Assembly: GCA_013265495.1 (NCBI GenBank) | Contig: MU058433.1 | Span: forward strand, 62,001-126,000 | DNA: 64,000 bases | Direction of reading: 5' to 3' | Source: Vicugna vicugna | Lineage: Eukaryota | Shown here: positions 51,170-63,194 of the stretch, in pieces | Position numbering within the stretch: position 1 is the stretch's first letter | How the letters are laid out: each line of letters begins with the position of its first letter | Position numbers and translations under genes: made by a program | The notes under the pieces: model-generated | Seen by the model: only the letters and a program-made list of their open reading frames with translations | Told to the model about the DNA's origin: nothing | The model's database searches: none

Positions 51170-51663
51170 GTGTGAGCCCAGATGGAGGGAAGACAGGCAG
51201 GAACAGAGTCCTTGTAGATCTGAACCTTTTTTTATGCTCTAATCTAACTTCTTTGTAGTTCTTTCATTTACCTAGAGGCTGAACCTAGAAAAAGAACTCC
51301 TTCCCTCCCCTTGCCAAGAGTAGAGACTTTTTTTCGTTGCCCCAGGTCAGCTCTGCATGAGTTAGAGGATGCTGCTGGTGGCCAGGCGGGGGCTGGGCAG
51401 GTCGAATGCGGGGTGTATGTTGGCAGAGAGAGTAAATGACTTAAAGGGCTTCTTGGTCAAGTTCTTTTCCCCGGAGAAAAGAGAATCAGCCTATCCCACT
51501 GGCTTTCATCCCCTGTTTATAAAAGATGCTTTGGTCTTCTCAGTTTTTCACCCCAGGACAGACTTCTTCTGAGGTCAGCGTAATCTCTCCCCCATTCGTG
51601 CTGTGTCTAGGTACTGAGACAGTTTGACGCTTGACTCTGCTTGACTTGAGGTCTTTCTTCCAG

Positions 51664-51759
51664 GAGAAGTTCCAGGCGTCTCTGAAGAAGCTGAGGCAAG
51701 AGCAGCAGGAAGCTGAGAAATTAACAGCTGTTATCAGAGAGAAGAGGGGATCCTGGGAG
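51664..51759 (+). CDS. TRIM6: TRIM6 coding exon 2 (coiled coil, 96 nt)
   Basis: TTCTTCCAG|GAGAAG...[44 protein letters not shown]. Confidence 0.95.
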
Positions 51760-52030
51760 GTAAGAGTGATCCTTCTGAAGGTGCCCTGGAGGGGAACCAG
51801 GGCATGTCTGTTCCCAGATCTGGCGAGAAGTGCTTCCTTGGCCCTAGTCCTTCACAACAACCCTTCCAAACAAGAGTGTTGCTCTTGGTGCAGAACCAGG
51901 GGGAGGGAGGGAGGGTGAGAAAATGGACATATCAAAGAGAATCTAGGATTTTGAAGATAATCACATAGGAGAGGAACCATGGCCCTTGGCAGCCCCTAAT
52001 TCCTGATTCTGGACCTTGTTGTACAGTTTT

Positions 52031-52190
52031 TTGGGGGGAAGGGTTGTGGGAGTGGGTAGGCAATTAGGTTTTTATTTATTTGTTTGTTTGTCTGTTTATT
52101 TATTTTAATAGAGGTACTGGGGATTGAACCCAGGACCTTGTGCATGCTAAGCACATGCTCTGTCACTGAGCTGTACCCTCCCCCCTCCCC
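52031..52190 (-). mobile_element. tRNA-derived SINE (Vic-1-like) in a TRIM6 intron
   Basis: Reverse of GGGAGGGTACAGCTCAGTGACAGAGCATGTGCTTAGCATGCACAAGGTCCTGGGTTCAATCCCCAGTACCTC. Flanking repeat TACAGTTTT at 52022-52030 and 52196-52204. Confidence 0.9.
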
Positions 52191-52537
52191 CATTCTACAG
52201 TTTTGAGCTCTGAAACTTGGAAAGATAGCTCAGGCACAAGCCAATCATTCCTACCGTAATATTCAAAATTGAAAAGGGAGGCTGATGCCATGTCCTTAGA
52301 TATCCCCTCTCCCTGAGGAATCAGTCTCTCTAGGAAGCCTAGGTAAGGCAGCCTGGGGCCAGTGGTCTGAGAAGAGGCAAAGGGAGAATGGAAGGAAAGG
52401 ACAGATTCTGTTGGACTAAGTCCCGCATTACTCCCCATCCCCCTGTGAGACCTGGCCAGGACAGCAGTGCTGAGCCTGCCTCCCCCACCCCTTATACAGG
52501 AGACCCTCAGGCCTCTTTTTCTTCTATGTTCCTGAAG

Positions 52538-52768
52538 AATCAGCTGGACCCTGAGAGACGCAGGATCCAGAAGCAGTTTGATCAGTTGAGAAGTGTCCTG
52601 GACAGAGAAGAGCAGCGGCAGCTGAAGAAGCTGGAGGAGGAAAAGAAGAAGGGTCTGAGCATCATAGCAAAAGCTGAGGCTGAGCTGGTCCAGCAGAGCC
52701 AGTCCCTGAGAGAGCTCATCTCAGACCTGGAGCGCCGGTGTCAGGGGTCAACAACGGAGCTGTTGCAG
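52538..52768 (+). CDS. TRIM6: TRIM6 coding exon 3 (coiled coil, 231 nt)
   Basis: CCTGAAG|AATCAG...[26 protein letters not shown]...[11 protein letters not shown]. Confidence 0.95.
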
Positions 52769-53057
52769 GTAAGAGTCACGAAGGAGCCTGTAGTCTGTGA
52801 GTCAAGGCAAAGAGAGGTTGACTCCTTCCCTTCTGACATGGGACTGAGGTCCTGATGGAGGGAAGAAAAAAATATTCCTTTGACCCTGTAGTGCCTCTTC
52901 CCTATTAAACAGTGGAGAGTTGGTGGAGAAAGCATAGGATAACTAAAGGTACAGATGCTAAGGGAATGTCTCACTTTATCTCTTGTGTGTAAAGGATAGT
53001 CCAAAAGTTCATTTGAGACTGCGGAGAAGAGCTGTTATATCGAGTGATGTTTTATAG

Positions 53058-53274
53058 CAACATTTCTCAATCTCAGCACTATTGACATTTTGGGCTGGAA
53101 AATTCTTTGCTGTGAGGGGCTGTCCTGTGCATCGTAAGATGTTTAGCAGCATCCCTGGCCTCTACCCCTTGGATGCCAGTAGCATCCCACCAGCTGTGAC
53201 AATCAAAAAGCCTTCCAGACATTGCCAAGTGTCCTGGGAAGAACATCCCCCCCAGCCCTTGTTGAGAATCACTA
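53058..53274 (+). mobile_element. MER20 hAT DNA transposon
   Basis: TTCTCAATCTCAGCACTATTGACATTTTGGGCTGG...GATGTTTAGCAGCATCCCTGGCCTCTACCC...GTTGAGAATCACT. Confidence 0.85.
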
Positions 53275-54596
53275 GCCGTTAGGCACCTGTTGTCTTGATG
53301 CCGTGCTGGGATTTGTCGTGCTGGGTTTTTTCACCCAGCTTAGTCACAGACAGATGGGTACTAAGCTCACTCCCGGTTTCACATCTTCATTTTATTCTTC
53401 TTTTCTTCTTCATCTTTGATGTTGGCTTTCCGTCATGCTTGCTCCTTCCAGTACTCGTTCTAGCCCCTTCACAGATTCCTCAAGCTGGAAAAATGGCTTT
53501 ATAAGTGCAAATGGATCATCCATTTATACAATAGCAAGTTCAGGCACCTGTTGCCTCTTACACCCACTAATAAGGCTGCCTGGTGGTCATGTGAACTCGA
53601 GTGTTACCTCACAGTCAGTTTTCCAGAACTTGCCCATCACAGACACATTCCTCCTTCTCTTTTCCACCTCTGTTGAACAGTTATTGCCCGTTAAGATTTG
53701 ACAGCTGAATGCAAGCCTGCAGCTTTCGAGTTTCAAAGTGTAAACCCTAAGAATAAAGCCAAGAGGAGCAGGCACAAAACAGTATCCTGATCTGATTATT
53801 TGAGGTCCTTATTACAGCCATGCCTTAAGAGGATGTAATGCTGGGTATTTGGTGTAAGTTGACATATCTACCACCTCTACTGCTTTGCATGTTCAAGCCG
53901 GTTAGAGTTGTGTTTTTGTTCAAATGCAACCAAAAATAACCCCGATACCATGAAATGGTTGTTCCTGTGTTATATAGATCAAACCATTGGCCTTTTCTTC
54001 TGATGCACTGAGGTGTATAGAGCAGAAGTTAGGAAGACCAATTAGGAGGCCATGAGACAGCTCCACTCAAATGAGGCCGGCAGTGGCAGTGATGATGGGA
54101 AAGCGGAGGTGGCTGCAAGGATTCAGGGGTGTGAAAGAGGTTGACGTGGTCTAAGATGGGACCTCAGGATGAATATAAAGTAGTTTTTAGGACAGTACTT
54201 TGTTTACATCTGGTCACTGGACGCTGGTATCAAGGAAGATGGAAGATAACAGAGGAGACCTCGTGGTTGCAGGAAAGGTAAGTTTTATTTTACACATCTT
54301 GAGGTCATGGTGTCCGTGGCTCATTTGCTGGGGTGTATAAAAGAGATGCAAGCAGAAGCACAGATTTGGGAACCATCAACACATGTGTTTTGAGATCAAG
54401 AAAAATATGTGAAATCAGCAAAGCTAGCACAGAGGATTAGGGGAGGTGAGGTTTGAGAGAACCATGTTTAAGGCCCCTGTATCCTTAGCAACCAGAATGT
54501 AAGCATCTTGAGGACAGAAATTAGGACTTACTCACATGAGAGCCTCTAGGGCCAGACATAGTGCCTGGCAAATAACCGATGATGTACACTTGTAAC

Positions 54597-54600
<4 letters not shown>

Positions 54601-54630
<30 letters not shown>
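54601..54630. repeat. (CA)15 microsatellite in a TRIM6 intron
   Basis: Read directly from the sequence. Confidence 0.95.
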
Positions 54631-54633
<3 letters not shown>

Positions 54634-54877
54634 GTGTAAAATTAAAGGCACTAATGAATGAATTGAATCATTTCCTGACGTCCCTACTTGGAGTCTCAGG
54701 GACAGTCTGCTCTGAGTTCTTAGCTGTACTCTGTGGCCTCCATTACTGGGGCCTAAGTCTCCCCATCATACCAGGGGGTGGTGGGGTGGGGGCAGGACAA
54801 GGGACATGCATGAGTGAGGCTGTATTAGAGGACGAGGCCTATTACTCCTTGACTTAACCTGTCTCTTTCTTCCCTAG

Positions 54878-54900
54878 GATGTGAGTGATGTCACCAAAAG
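54878..54900 (+). CDS. TRIM6: TRIM6 coding exon 4 (23 nt)
   Basis: TTCCCTAG|GATGTGAGTGATGTCACCAAAAG|GTATGT; DVSDVTK(R). The 23-nt exon is typical of TRIM5/6-family genes. Confidence 0.92.
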
Positions 54901-55966
54901 GTATGTGTAGGAGAACATGAGTGGGAAAGGACAAAATATAGTCACAAGGCAGGGAAGATTTTAGGCGTATGGTGCCTTGAGTTGCTTATCATGAGAACTT
55001 TGGGGGTCCCAAAAGTAAAAGGAATGGCTTGGTTTTGAGGGTAGGAGAATTTGGGTAGTGAGAGGTCACAAACTGGGGACAGTAGTGCCCTTAAGAGTCA
55101 AGGGCAGCACCTCATGATGGAACTCCTTTTCCACAAACCTCTGAACCTGCTTCCAGCCCTGATACTAGTAGTTCATAGCTACCTCAGAATTCACAGGGAT
55201 TTTCTTTGCCCACATATTTTTTCAGAGGGAAATTTCCCATCTGCAGCGTTTCCCGGGGCTCAGGAATTAGCTCTTGGTTCACCTGCTTAAATCTCCCTTC
55301 CTCCCTTGGCTTTGAAACAGTCCACGCCTTGCTACCTAGTCTTCCTCAGACTTCTGTTTTTCTCAATTCCAGTAACAACATAGACCTGAGATCTTGAAAA
55401 GAATGACTTTGGCCTTGGAACAAAAACACGTTCTCTATCACATACTCTAGAATTTCATTCAGTCAAGGTGACATCTAAATTTGCCCACATACCTGGTTCC
55501 CATAAGGTCCTCACAAACACGTGACCTTAGAGCCTGTGGTCCCTTTTGAAGTCTTCACTCTCGGTGTGGAGGTGAGGACATCTCCTTTCTCCAACTGGCA
55601 TAATAGTCCTGGAGACAGTGAGTCCTAAGAGGCTGTTCTGGGGGTCTTTCTCCCTAGGCTTCTATGAGACCTTAAGACCTAAACCAGAGACCCTTCAGAA
55701 GGGAGCCCTTCACCTGGTACTCTCCAAACCCCAGCAACGGGTCCTGATGTTCGGGTACCTGTAGACCCTCTAAGAGGGCACTGACATTTTAAGTATTTTG
55801 TATCTTTTTCGGGGTTAGCAAAGGATTTCCCAGCCATTATTTTATGTAATATTATACAGTCTCTGGGATGGAGAGAAAGAAGGGAAAATTACCATATTTT
55901 TACAAAACAACAAACCATACAAAGAAACAAAAATGAGGCTTTGAGGGATAAATCTGATCAACTTTT

Positions 55967-56254
55967 TTTTTTTAATTGACGTATAGTTGATTTGCAATAG
56001 TGTGTTAGTTTCAGGTGTACCACATAGTGATTCAATATTTTTATAGATTATACTGCATTTGCAGTTATTATAAAATATTGGCTATATTATTCCCTGTGCT
56101 GTACCAAAGACATGTGCACCCCAGTGTTCATCACAGCACTATTTACAATAGCCAAGATGTGGAAGCAGCCCAAGTGTCTATCGACAGATGACTAAATAAA
56201 GAAGATGTGATATGTGTATACAATTGATTATTACTCAGCCATTAAAAAAAATGA
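55967..56254 (-). mobile_element. L1 3' end with a 5' inversion, in a TRIM6 intron
   Basis: Poly(T) and terminal 3'UTR on the minus strand up to about 56104, then plus-strand L1 sequence 56105-56254. Degenerate TSD at 55950-55966 and 56255-56271. Confidence 0.8.
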
Positions 56255-56464
56255 AAATCTTATCAATGTTTACACAGATGATGAGAAGCTAGTTTTTAGT
56301 CCAGGTCTTCTGGCTCTGGTGCCAGGGCTCTTTGCAGAATGATGCTAAGTTTCTTCAGGAAAGAATGTTGAAGTTCACCAGTGGGCCTGGGAGAGGAGGG
56401 AGACAGTTGTTAGAGGAACCCAAGGTCAGCAGTGTTGGAGATTCATATTGTCTGTTCTCTCCAG

Positions 56465-56565
56465 GAGTGAGTTCTGGACCCTGAAGAAGCCAGAAGCTCT
56501 CCCTACCAAGCTGAAGAGTGTGTTTCGAGCCCCAGATCTGAAAAAGATGCTGCGAGTGTTTAGAG
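56465..56565 (+). CDS. TRIM6: TRIM6 coding exon 5 (101 nt, linker)
   Basis: CTCTCCAG|GAGTGAG...TTTAGAG|GTGAGG; SEFWTLKKPEALPTKLKSVFRAPDLKKMLRVFR. Confidence 0.95.
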
Positions 56566-56854
56566 GTGAGGACATACAGGAAACAGAGTTTGGATGGGGG
56601 ATTGTTATACTAGTAAGAAATAAAAAGAACAGAGGGTATGGGGGAGATTTGGGAAGAGTGGCAAAAGAGAGAGATGGAGATGGAGGGACATAATAATGCA
56701 CAGAAGAAGATGCAGTTCAGACTTCAGGGGGAATGAAATGGCCAGCTCACATCCTCACAGAATTCCCTGCTGCACCCCTCAAGCAGGTAAGGGGAGAGAG
56801 AGCGGACCTGAGACGGCTGGTTCTATATAAGTGACTGACTCTTTGTCATTACAG

Positions 56855-56881
56855 AGCTGACAGATGTCCAAAGCTACTGGG
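56855..56881 (+). CDS. TRIM6: TRIM6 coding exon 6 (27 nt)
   Basis: CATTACAG|AGCTGACAGATGTCCAAAGCTACTGGG|GTAAGT; (E)LTDVQSYW. Confidence 0.92.
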
Positions 56882-57105
56882 GTAAGTAGCAGTCGTGACC
56901 TCTTTGAGCTGATGTGTTCTTATTCTCCCCAAACAGACCCCCACACACGCTCAGGTGCGAGGTGTTGCTAGCTGCCTGCCCCTCCCCCAGACCCACCACC
57001 GCACAGCACCTATTCCTCCCACCCACACCCTGCGTATCCTCTCCTCAGAGTCGTAAGACCCACACATCCGTGCTCACCTGCTGGTGTTGTGCCTTTTGCT
57101 CACAG

Positions 57106-57668
57106 TGGACGTGACTCTGAATCCACACACGGCCAACTTAAATCTCGTCCTGTCCAAGAACCGGAGGCAGGTGAGATTTGTGGGTGCTCAGGTGTCCGGG
57201 TCTCACCTGGAAGAGCATCATGCCTGTGGTGTCCTGGGCTCTCAGCACTTCTCCTCAGGGAAGCATTACTGGGAGGTCGATGTGACCAAGAAGACCGACT
57301 GGATCCTGGGTGTGTGCGGTGATTCTGCAGGACCTGCATTCTCTTTCAGCCAGTTTGCCCACAGTCGGAATGTGTACTCCCGATACCAACCTCAGAGTGG
57401 ATACTGGGTGATCGGGTTACATCATAAACACGAATACCGAGCCTACGAGGACTCGTCCACTTCCCTGCTCCTCTCCATGACAGTGCGTCCCCGCCGTGTT
57501 GGGGTCTTCTTAGACTATGAGGCTGGCACGGTCTCCTTTTATAACGTCACCAACCATGGCTTCCCCATCTACACCTTCTCTAAATACTACTTTCCTACCA
57601 CGCTTTGTCCATATTTTAATCCCTGCAACTGTGTAGTCCCGATGACCCTGCGTCGCCCAAGTCCTTGA
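57106..57668 (+). CDS. TRIM6: TRIM6 last coding exon (PRY-SPRY/B30.2)
   Basis: [32 protein letters not shown]...GKHYWEVDV...[11 protein letters not shown]...PMTLRRPSP then stop. Exons sum to 423+96+231+23+101+27+563 = 1464 nt = 487 aa plus stop, with consistent phases. Confidence 0.96.
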
Positions 57669-58764
57669 ACTTTCTGCTGTTCGCACCCACATCCGAGCAG
57701 TACCCTGTACTCTGGGGCTCACCTGCATTTGTCTTTCCTTTTTTACCTTCCATTTCCTTGTGTTATCACTCCTTTCCCTTTGAACATTTACTCAATGCTG
57801 GAGTTGAGTAACCCAACAGTGATAGTGAACATCCTTGACTGATTAATTACAGATTGTGAGATGGGTGAGGGGACACTTTCAACAATTTACCATTAAGCAT
57901 GGTGTTTGATGGAGATTTTTCTTTGCTGAGGCATGGAATCAAATTTAGGAAGTTCTCTCCTATTAATTTGATGTCAGTTTTTGTACTGAATGGAAAATTG
58001 AAGTTCAATAGACGTTGTCTCTAATTATTGAGATAATCAGATGTCATCTTTATTCTATTATTGGAGTACATTGATTTGTTTCAGTTTCTAAATCCAATAC
58101 AGATTTCTGAAATAAACCACTACTGTTTATGTGCAATACTGGATTCGTTTGTGCTAATACATTGTTTAGGTTTTGTTTTCATCTCCATTTATGAAAGAAA
58201 TTGACCTGTAATTTTACACTCTTGTAACATCGTTGTCAGGTTTTGTAAAGTGCAATACATGAGAAAAAAATTGCTGTATTTTTGTACAAGTATGTAGAGA
58301 ATTGAGTGCTATAAACCATTATAGTGTTAATTTTCATAGCTTTAAATTTGAATTAGTGAGATTCTAACTTCCCTTTTCTAACTACAATCTTCATGGATCT
58401 TAAAAACCTAAGGTAATAAGTGGAAAAAAAAATGTTTTTTTAATCTTCCAAATACCTTGAAGTGAAAACAGAAAAGAGGAAAATGATCAATTCGATACAG
58501 ATTTTTTTTCTCCCAGAATGGGAGGAAAATGTAAAGAGAAAATGGTTAATATAAAGCACTTTTAGGAAGAGAATGATTTCTTTTAACTCTTGTACCTCCT
58601 TTTTTTTTTTTTTTTTTTCCTCCTTTTTTTGTACTCAAACATGAACAGCTCGTTAATGAGCTGCTTTGACTTTGGTAGAGAGGTGCTACATGCTTTTTGA
58701 GCCAACTATAAAAGAAATGAGGTGGATGTGAAGGTGGAAATGAAAGTCAAGGAGTTGACTAGAG

Positions 58765-59068
58765 CTGGCTGTCCATCATGGTAGCCAGGAGCCGTCAGTG
58801 GCTGTTGAGCACCTCAGACGTGCCCAGTCAGAATTGGGATGCACTGTACGTATAAAATGCACACTGGATTTTGAAAACTTAGTTCAAAAAATAAAGTAAA
58901 ATACCTTGATAATAACTTTTATATTGTTGATTGCAGCGATAATACCTTGGATATATTGGATGAAATAAAATATATGTTAACTTTACCTGCTTCATTTGAT
59001 TTTTTGGAAGTAGAGACTAGAAAATTTTTAATTACATATGTGACTGACATTGCATTTCTATCAGATAC
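58765..59068 (-). mobile_element. MER33-like hAT DNA transposon
   Basis: GCTGTCCATCATGGTAGCC...GTGGCTGTTGAGCAC...CACTGGATTTTGAAAACTTAGT...ACTAGAAAATTTTTAATTACATATGTG; reverse orientation relative to the 47799 copy. Confidence 0.7.
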
Positions 59069-60534
59069 TTCTTCCTGTAATGCAATTTTATCCCCAGGGG
59101 CCCTAGTGGAAGGCAGAGATGTTTATTTCTAGAGGGACTCCCTGCCCCTCAGAGGCATATCTGTAGCAGAAGATAATGGCAGGGAGAATTGGATCTCAGT
59201 ACATCTAGAAATTCACAATTTGGAAGATCACAGGAAGAGTTCATGGCCAGAGCGTATGACTGCCTTGTCTGGTCCCTATCTTCAGCCCTTAATCTGTTGG
59301 ACACTTGGCATTCCTTCATGGTTTAGTTCATCCACTGGGCTCGGCGCTGGTGTCTGATGAGATAAAGGTTACAGCCAAAGCCCAGGACTGGTTTGGTCTA
59401 GGGTAGGGTTTTGTTTGGGAGGCAGAGGCCAAATGCACACTCCTCACCCTAATTTGCACTTCAATTGGAAGAAATGTGAAAGGAGAGAGAGCAGGCAACC
59501 CAGTGTTCATGGAGCTGGTGGAAGCTGGGGGATCAGAGGTGATGGTTATGAGAATCTGAGTAATTGCTCCCTTCCCACTTATTTTCTCATATAATAAATT
59601 CCAGGCAAAAGGAGTTGGCTTAGCTGTCCGCTACCTGCGGAGGTATCCAGTGGATGACCTCAGATAATATGGAAAGACAAAGTACTTGCTAGAACCGTGT
59701 AGGTGAGATTTGGGGAAGTTTGCTCAATCCGAGATTTGGGGGAGAATTAAATTCCTTGGAATGAGTTTGCAGCCCTGACTTCCTCCTAGGCCGTTGGGGG
59801 ATTTGGGCAGAGGCCTGCTGGCTTTGATGGTTTTGCAGTAGATTGAACTGCTATGAAAAAAGTATATTCAAAAGTATATAGTGAATCAGATACTAAAGAC
59901 ATTAATTTCTTTTTCATGTAAAAATCTGCTATGAGTGCAACTAGCAGGTGAGTGGCACTGTTCCCTGTGGGATTCAGAGTCCAATATCTTTTATTTTTTA
60001 ATCTGTGACTCCTCCATTCCCTAGGACAGTGTTCTCAGCATTCAGCCAGCAGAACGATAAAACAGAAGGCAATTTGCCTCCTAAATCTTTAGTTAATATA
60101 TGGGATTCATAATTTCTGCTCATTTTCTGTTGCTGAGAATAACCAGGTGGACTCATCTATCTGCAAGGAAGATTGTAGAAATGTCTAGCCATACCCAATT
60201 ATGTACAACCGAATTTCAAAGGAAGGGAAACACAGATTTTGGTGGAGACCTAGTGGTCTATTACACGGATCCCAGGAGTGCCTGGAACTTTAAGGAACTC
60301 CTTTTTCCCATCACAGAAAACCCAGAGTCTCTGCTTTAGTTTCTGGGGCTGTGGTTGTTCTGTCCTGTGGCCTAAGGCTCATAAAGAAAAGAGAAGAGTA
60401 ATGCTGTCACCAGAGCTCTAGGCAAGTGGTGTAATTGTCCTGACACCTCCCAAGTTGGCTCGCTAGGGCCGGCATTTACACTTGATTCTAGTTTAAAGGG
60501 AATCTGGGGAGTTGGGGGGAAGGAGCTTCTAAAG

Positions 60535-62235
60535 TATCTTCATTGTGGTATACTGACATACAGTAAATTGCATAAAGTATACAATTTGATGAGTTTTGAC
60601 TTGTGAAACCATCATCACCATCAGAAAAAGATATCCACCCCCCTCAAAAGTTTCCCCTGCTCCTTTGTAATACCTCCTTTCTGTTCCCTCCCCTAACCCC
60701 ATCTTCTAGCAAACCCTGTTCTGTGTTTTGTCACTATAGTTTGCATTTTATAGAGTTTTATATAAATGGAATCATACAGGATTACTGCCTGGTTTCTTTT
60801 ATTCACCAGGTTTTTGCATATATCAAGAATCTACTCCTTTTAATTGCCAAATAGTATTCCATTGTGTGGATATACAATAATTTCATTCACCTATTGATGG
60901 AAATTTGGGTTGCTTCTAGTTTGGGGCCATTACAAATATGGCTGTTATAAACACTTATCGTAGAATTTTTCCAATGAGCATATGCTTTCATTTCTTGGAT
61001 AAACACCTAGTAGTAGTGGAATAGGTTATATGGGAGATACTATATAGGTAATTTTTTTTGAAAATGCCAAACAATTTTCGAAAGTGATTATACCATTTTA
61101 TGTCTGCCCTATTGGTGTAGAAGTTGCTCTGCATCCTTGCCATAATCTGGTTTGATCGGTCTTTAATTTTATTTAAGCTCTTTTTTCTTGTGATTTTGGC
61201 TGTTTGCACTTTTTTTAGGTTTTTAAATTTTTATTATTTTAATTTTAAATGTTCTAATAGATGTGTAGTGGGATATCTCACTGTGGCTTTAATTTGAATT
61301 TCTCTAAAGCCTAGGGATGTTTAGCTAGCTTGCTTGCTTGCTTTCTTGCTTGCTTTCTTTTTTTCTTTCTTTCTTTGTCATCTGCATAGCTTCTTTGATG
61401 AACTGTCTTTTCAAGTCTTTTGCTAATTTTTTTAAAAAATTGGATTGCTTATTTTCTTGTTACTGAGTTTGAAGAACTTTTTATACATTCTTGATATAAG
61501 CCCCTCATTCTGTATCTGCCTTGCATATATCATCTCCCGGTATGCGCTTTGCCTATTCATTCTCTTAATAGTCTTTCAGAGAACAGAAGTTCTTAATTTT
61601 GATAATGTCTAACTTAGCAAATTTTTCTTTTATGGGTCATGCTTTTGATGTTTTATCTAAGAACTTTTTCCTAACAAAAGGTCATGAAGAATTTTTCCTT
61701 AGTTTTCTTCTAGATATTTTATATAATTTGGATTTTATACTAAGTCTATGAACCACTTTGCAATTTTGTTTTTTAAGTAGTGCAAAGTAGGAGATCAAAA
61801 TCCATCTCTTTGTATTTGGATCCAGTTTTTCCAGCACTATTTTTTTTGGAGGGGGGGACAATAGGTTTATTTATTTACTATTATTTTTTATTTAACAGAC
61901 GTACTGGGGATCGAACCCATGACCTCATGCATGGTAGGCATGTGCTCTACCACTGTGCTATACCCTCCCCCCCATTCCAGCACTATTTGTTGAAAAGATT
62001 CTCCTTTCCCACTGAATTGGCTTTACACCTTCATCATGTCTCAGTTGATCATATGTATGTGAGTCTATTTCTGGACTCTCTTCTTTTCCATTCATCTACT
62101 TGTCTATCTTTGCATCAATATTGTATATATTGATTACTGTGGCTTCATAATAAGTCTTGAAATAAGTTAGTATAAGTTTTCTAACTTTTGGTTCATTTTC
62201 AAATTTGCTTTGTCTCTTCTGTCTTTTGTATTCCT
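60535..62235 (-). mobile_element. Old LINE-1 fragment (antisense), interrupted by a SINE
   Basis: TAGTATTCCATTGTGTGGATATAC, TTCAAGTCTTTTGCTAATTTT, CCAGCACTATTTGTTGAAAAGA and GAGTCTATTTCTGGACTCTC. Boundaries approximate. Confidence 0.8.
61843..61974 (-). mobile_element. tRNA-derived SINE (Vic-1-like)
   Basis: Reverse A and B boxes. TSD TTCCAGCACTATTT at 61829-61842 and 61975-61988. Confidence 0.9.
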
Positions 62236-63194
62236 ATGTGGTGCTGTGCCTTGGTTGACCTCATTGTGATCTCCCTCCTTATGGCCTTTTATTCATTCAT
62301 CTATCCTAAATTTTCTGAATGAGTACTGGCATCCAAGAAGACAAAATGGAAGTTACAAGGTCCAATACCCTGAATTTCACACATCACTTCAAACCTATTC
62401 TGTTGGTCAAAGCAAGACAAAAGTCCACCTCATATTCAGGGTGCTGGAGAACAGACTACACCTCATGTATGGGGGATGCCATGTCTGTACAGCAGACGGA
62501 AGAATGATTGGCAGCCATTTTTGCAGGTACTCAGCCACATGTGATACACAATCAGATTGACAAAGTTCAAAAGCTTGACAACATACTCTGCTGGCAAAAT
62601 TATGAGAAAAAAGGCACTCATATTTTGCTAGTAGCAATCAAAAATGGTGCAGTCACTGTGGAGGGAATCTTCAATAACCAATAAAACTATAAATGCATGT
62701 ACTCTTTGACCAAGGTAATTGCACTGCTAGTAACTAACCATGAGACTTATTAGCAGAGCTATCCAACTGAAGAAGAGAGAGAGAGAAAAAAAAAGACAGA
62801 GAGAGAGAGATTCTCCATACTGATGAAACCGTATCAAAATATCTAACATATGTGTGGTTGGGAACATAAAATGAAATGAGAGAGAGAATGAGACAGAAAA
62901 AAACTTTTGACAATAATAATTACTGAAATTTTCCAAATTAGGCACAAATCATAAATTTAGAGATTCAAAAAGCTCAGTGAACCTGAAAGAGGATAAAAAC
63001 AAAAAAAAAGTATGCCTGGCTACATCATACTCATACTGAAAATTAAGGTAAATTGAAAAATCTTAAATGCAGCCAAAGGAGGCAGGGGAATGAAATACAA
63101 ATGTCCAAGGTAATCAAAACGCACACCTCTTCTACGAGTTATTCTGCAGGTACATGTCAATTCCCTTTGTTAACAGGTAAGTGTTACTACCTGT

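Noticed and set aside
54881..54886. Consensus donor GTGAGT inside the 23-nt TRIM6 exon
   Set aside because: Only 3 nt from the acceptor and explained by the Val-Ser codons; use is unlikely.
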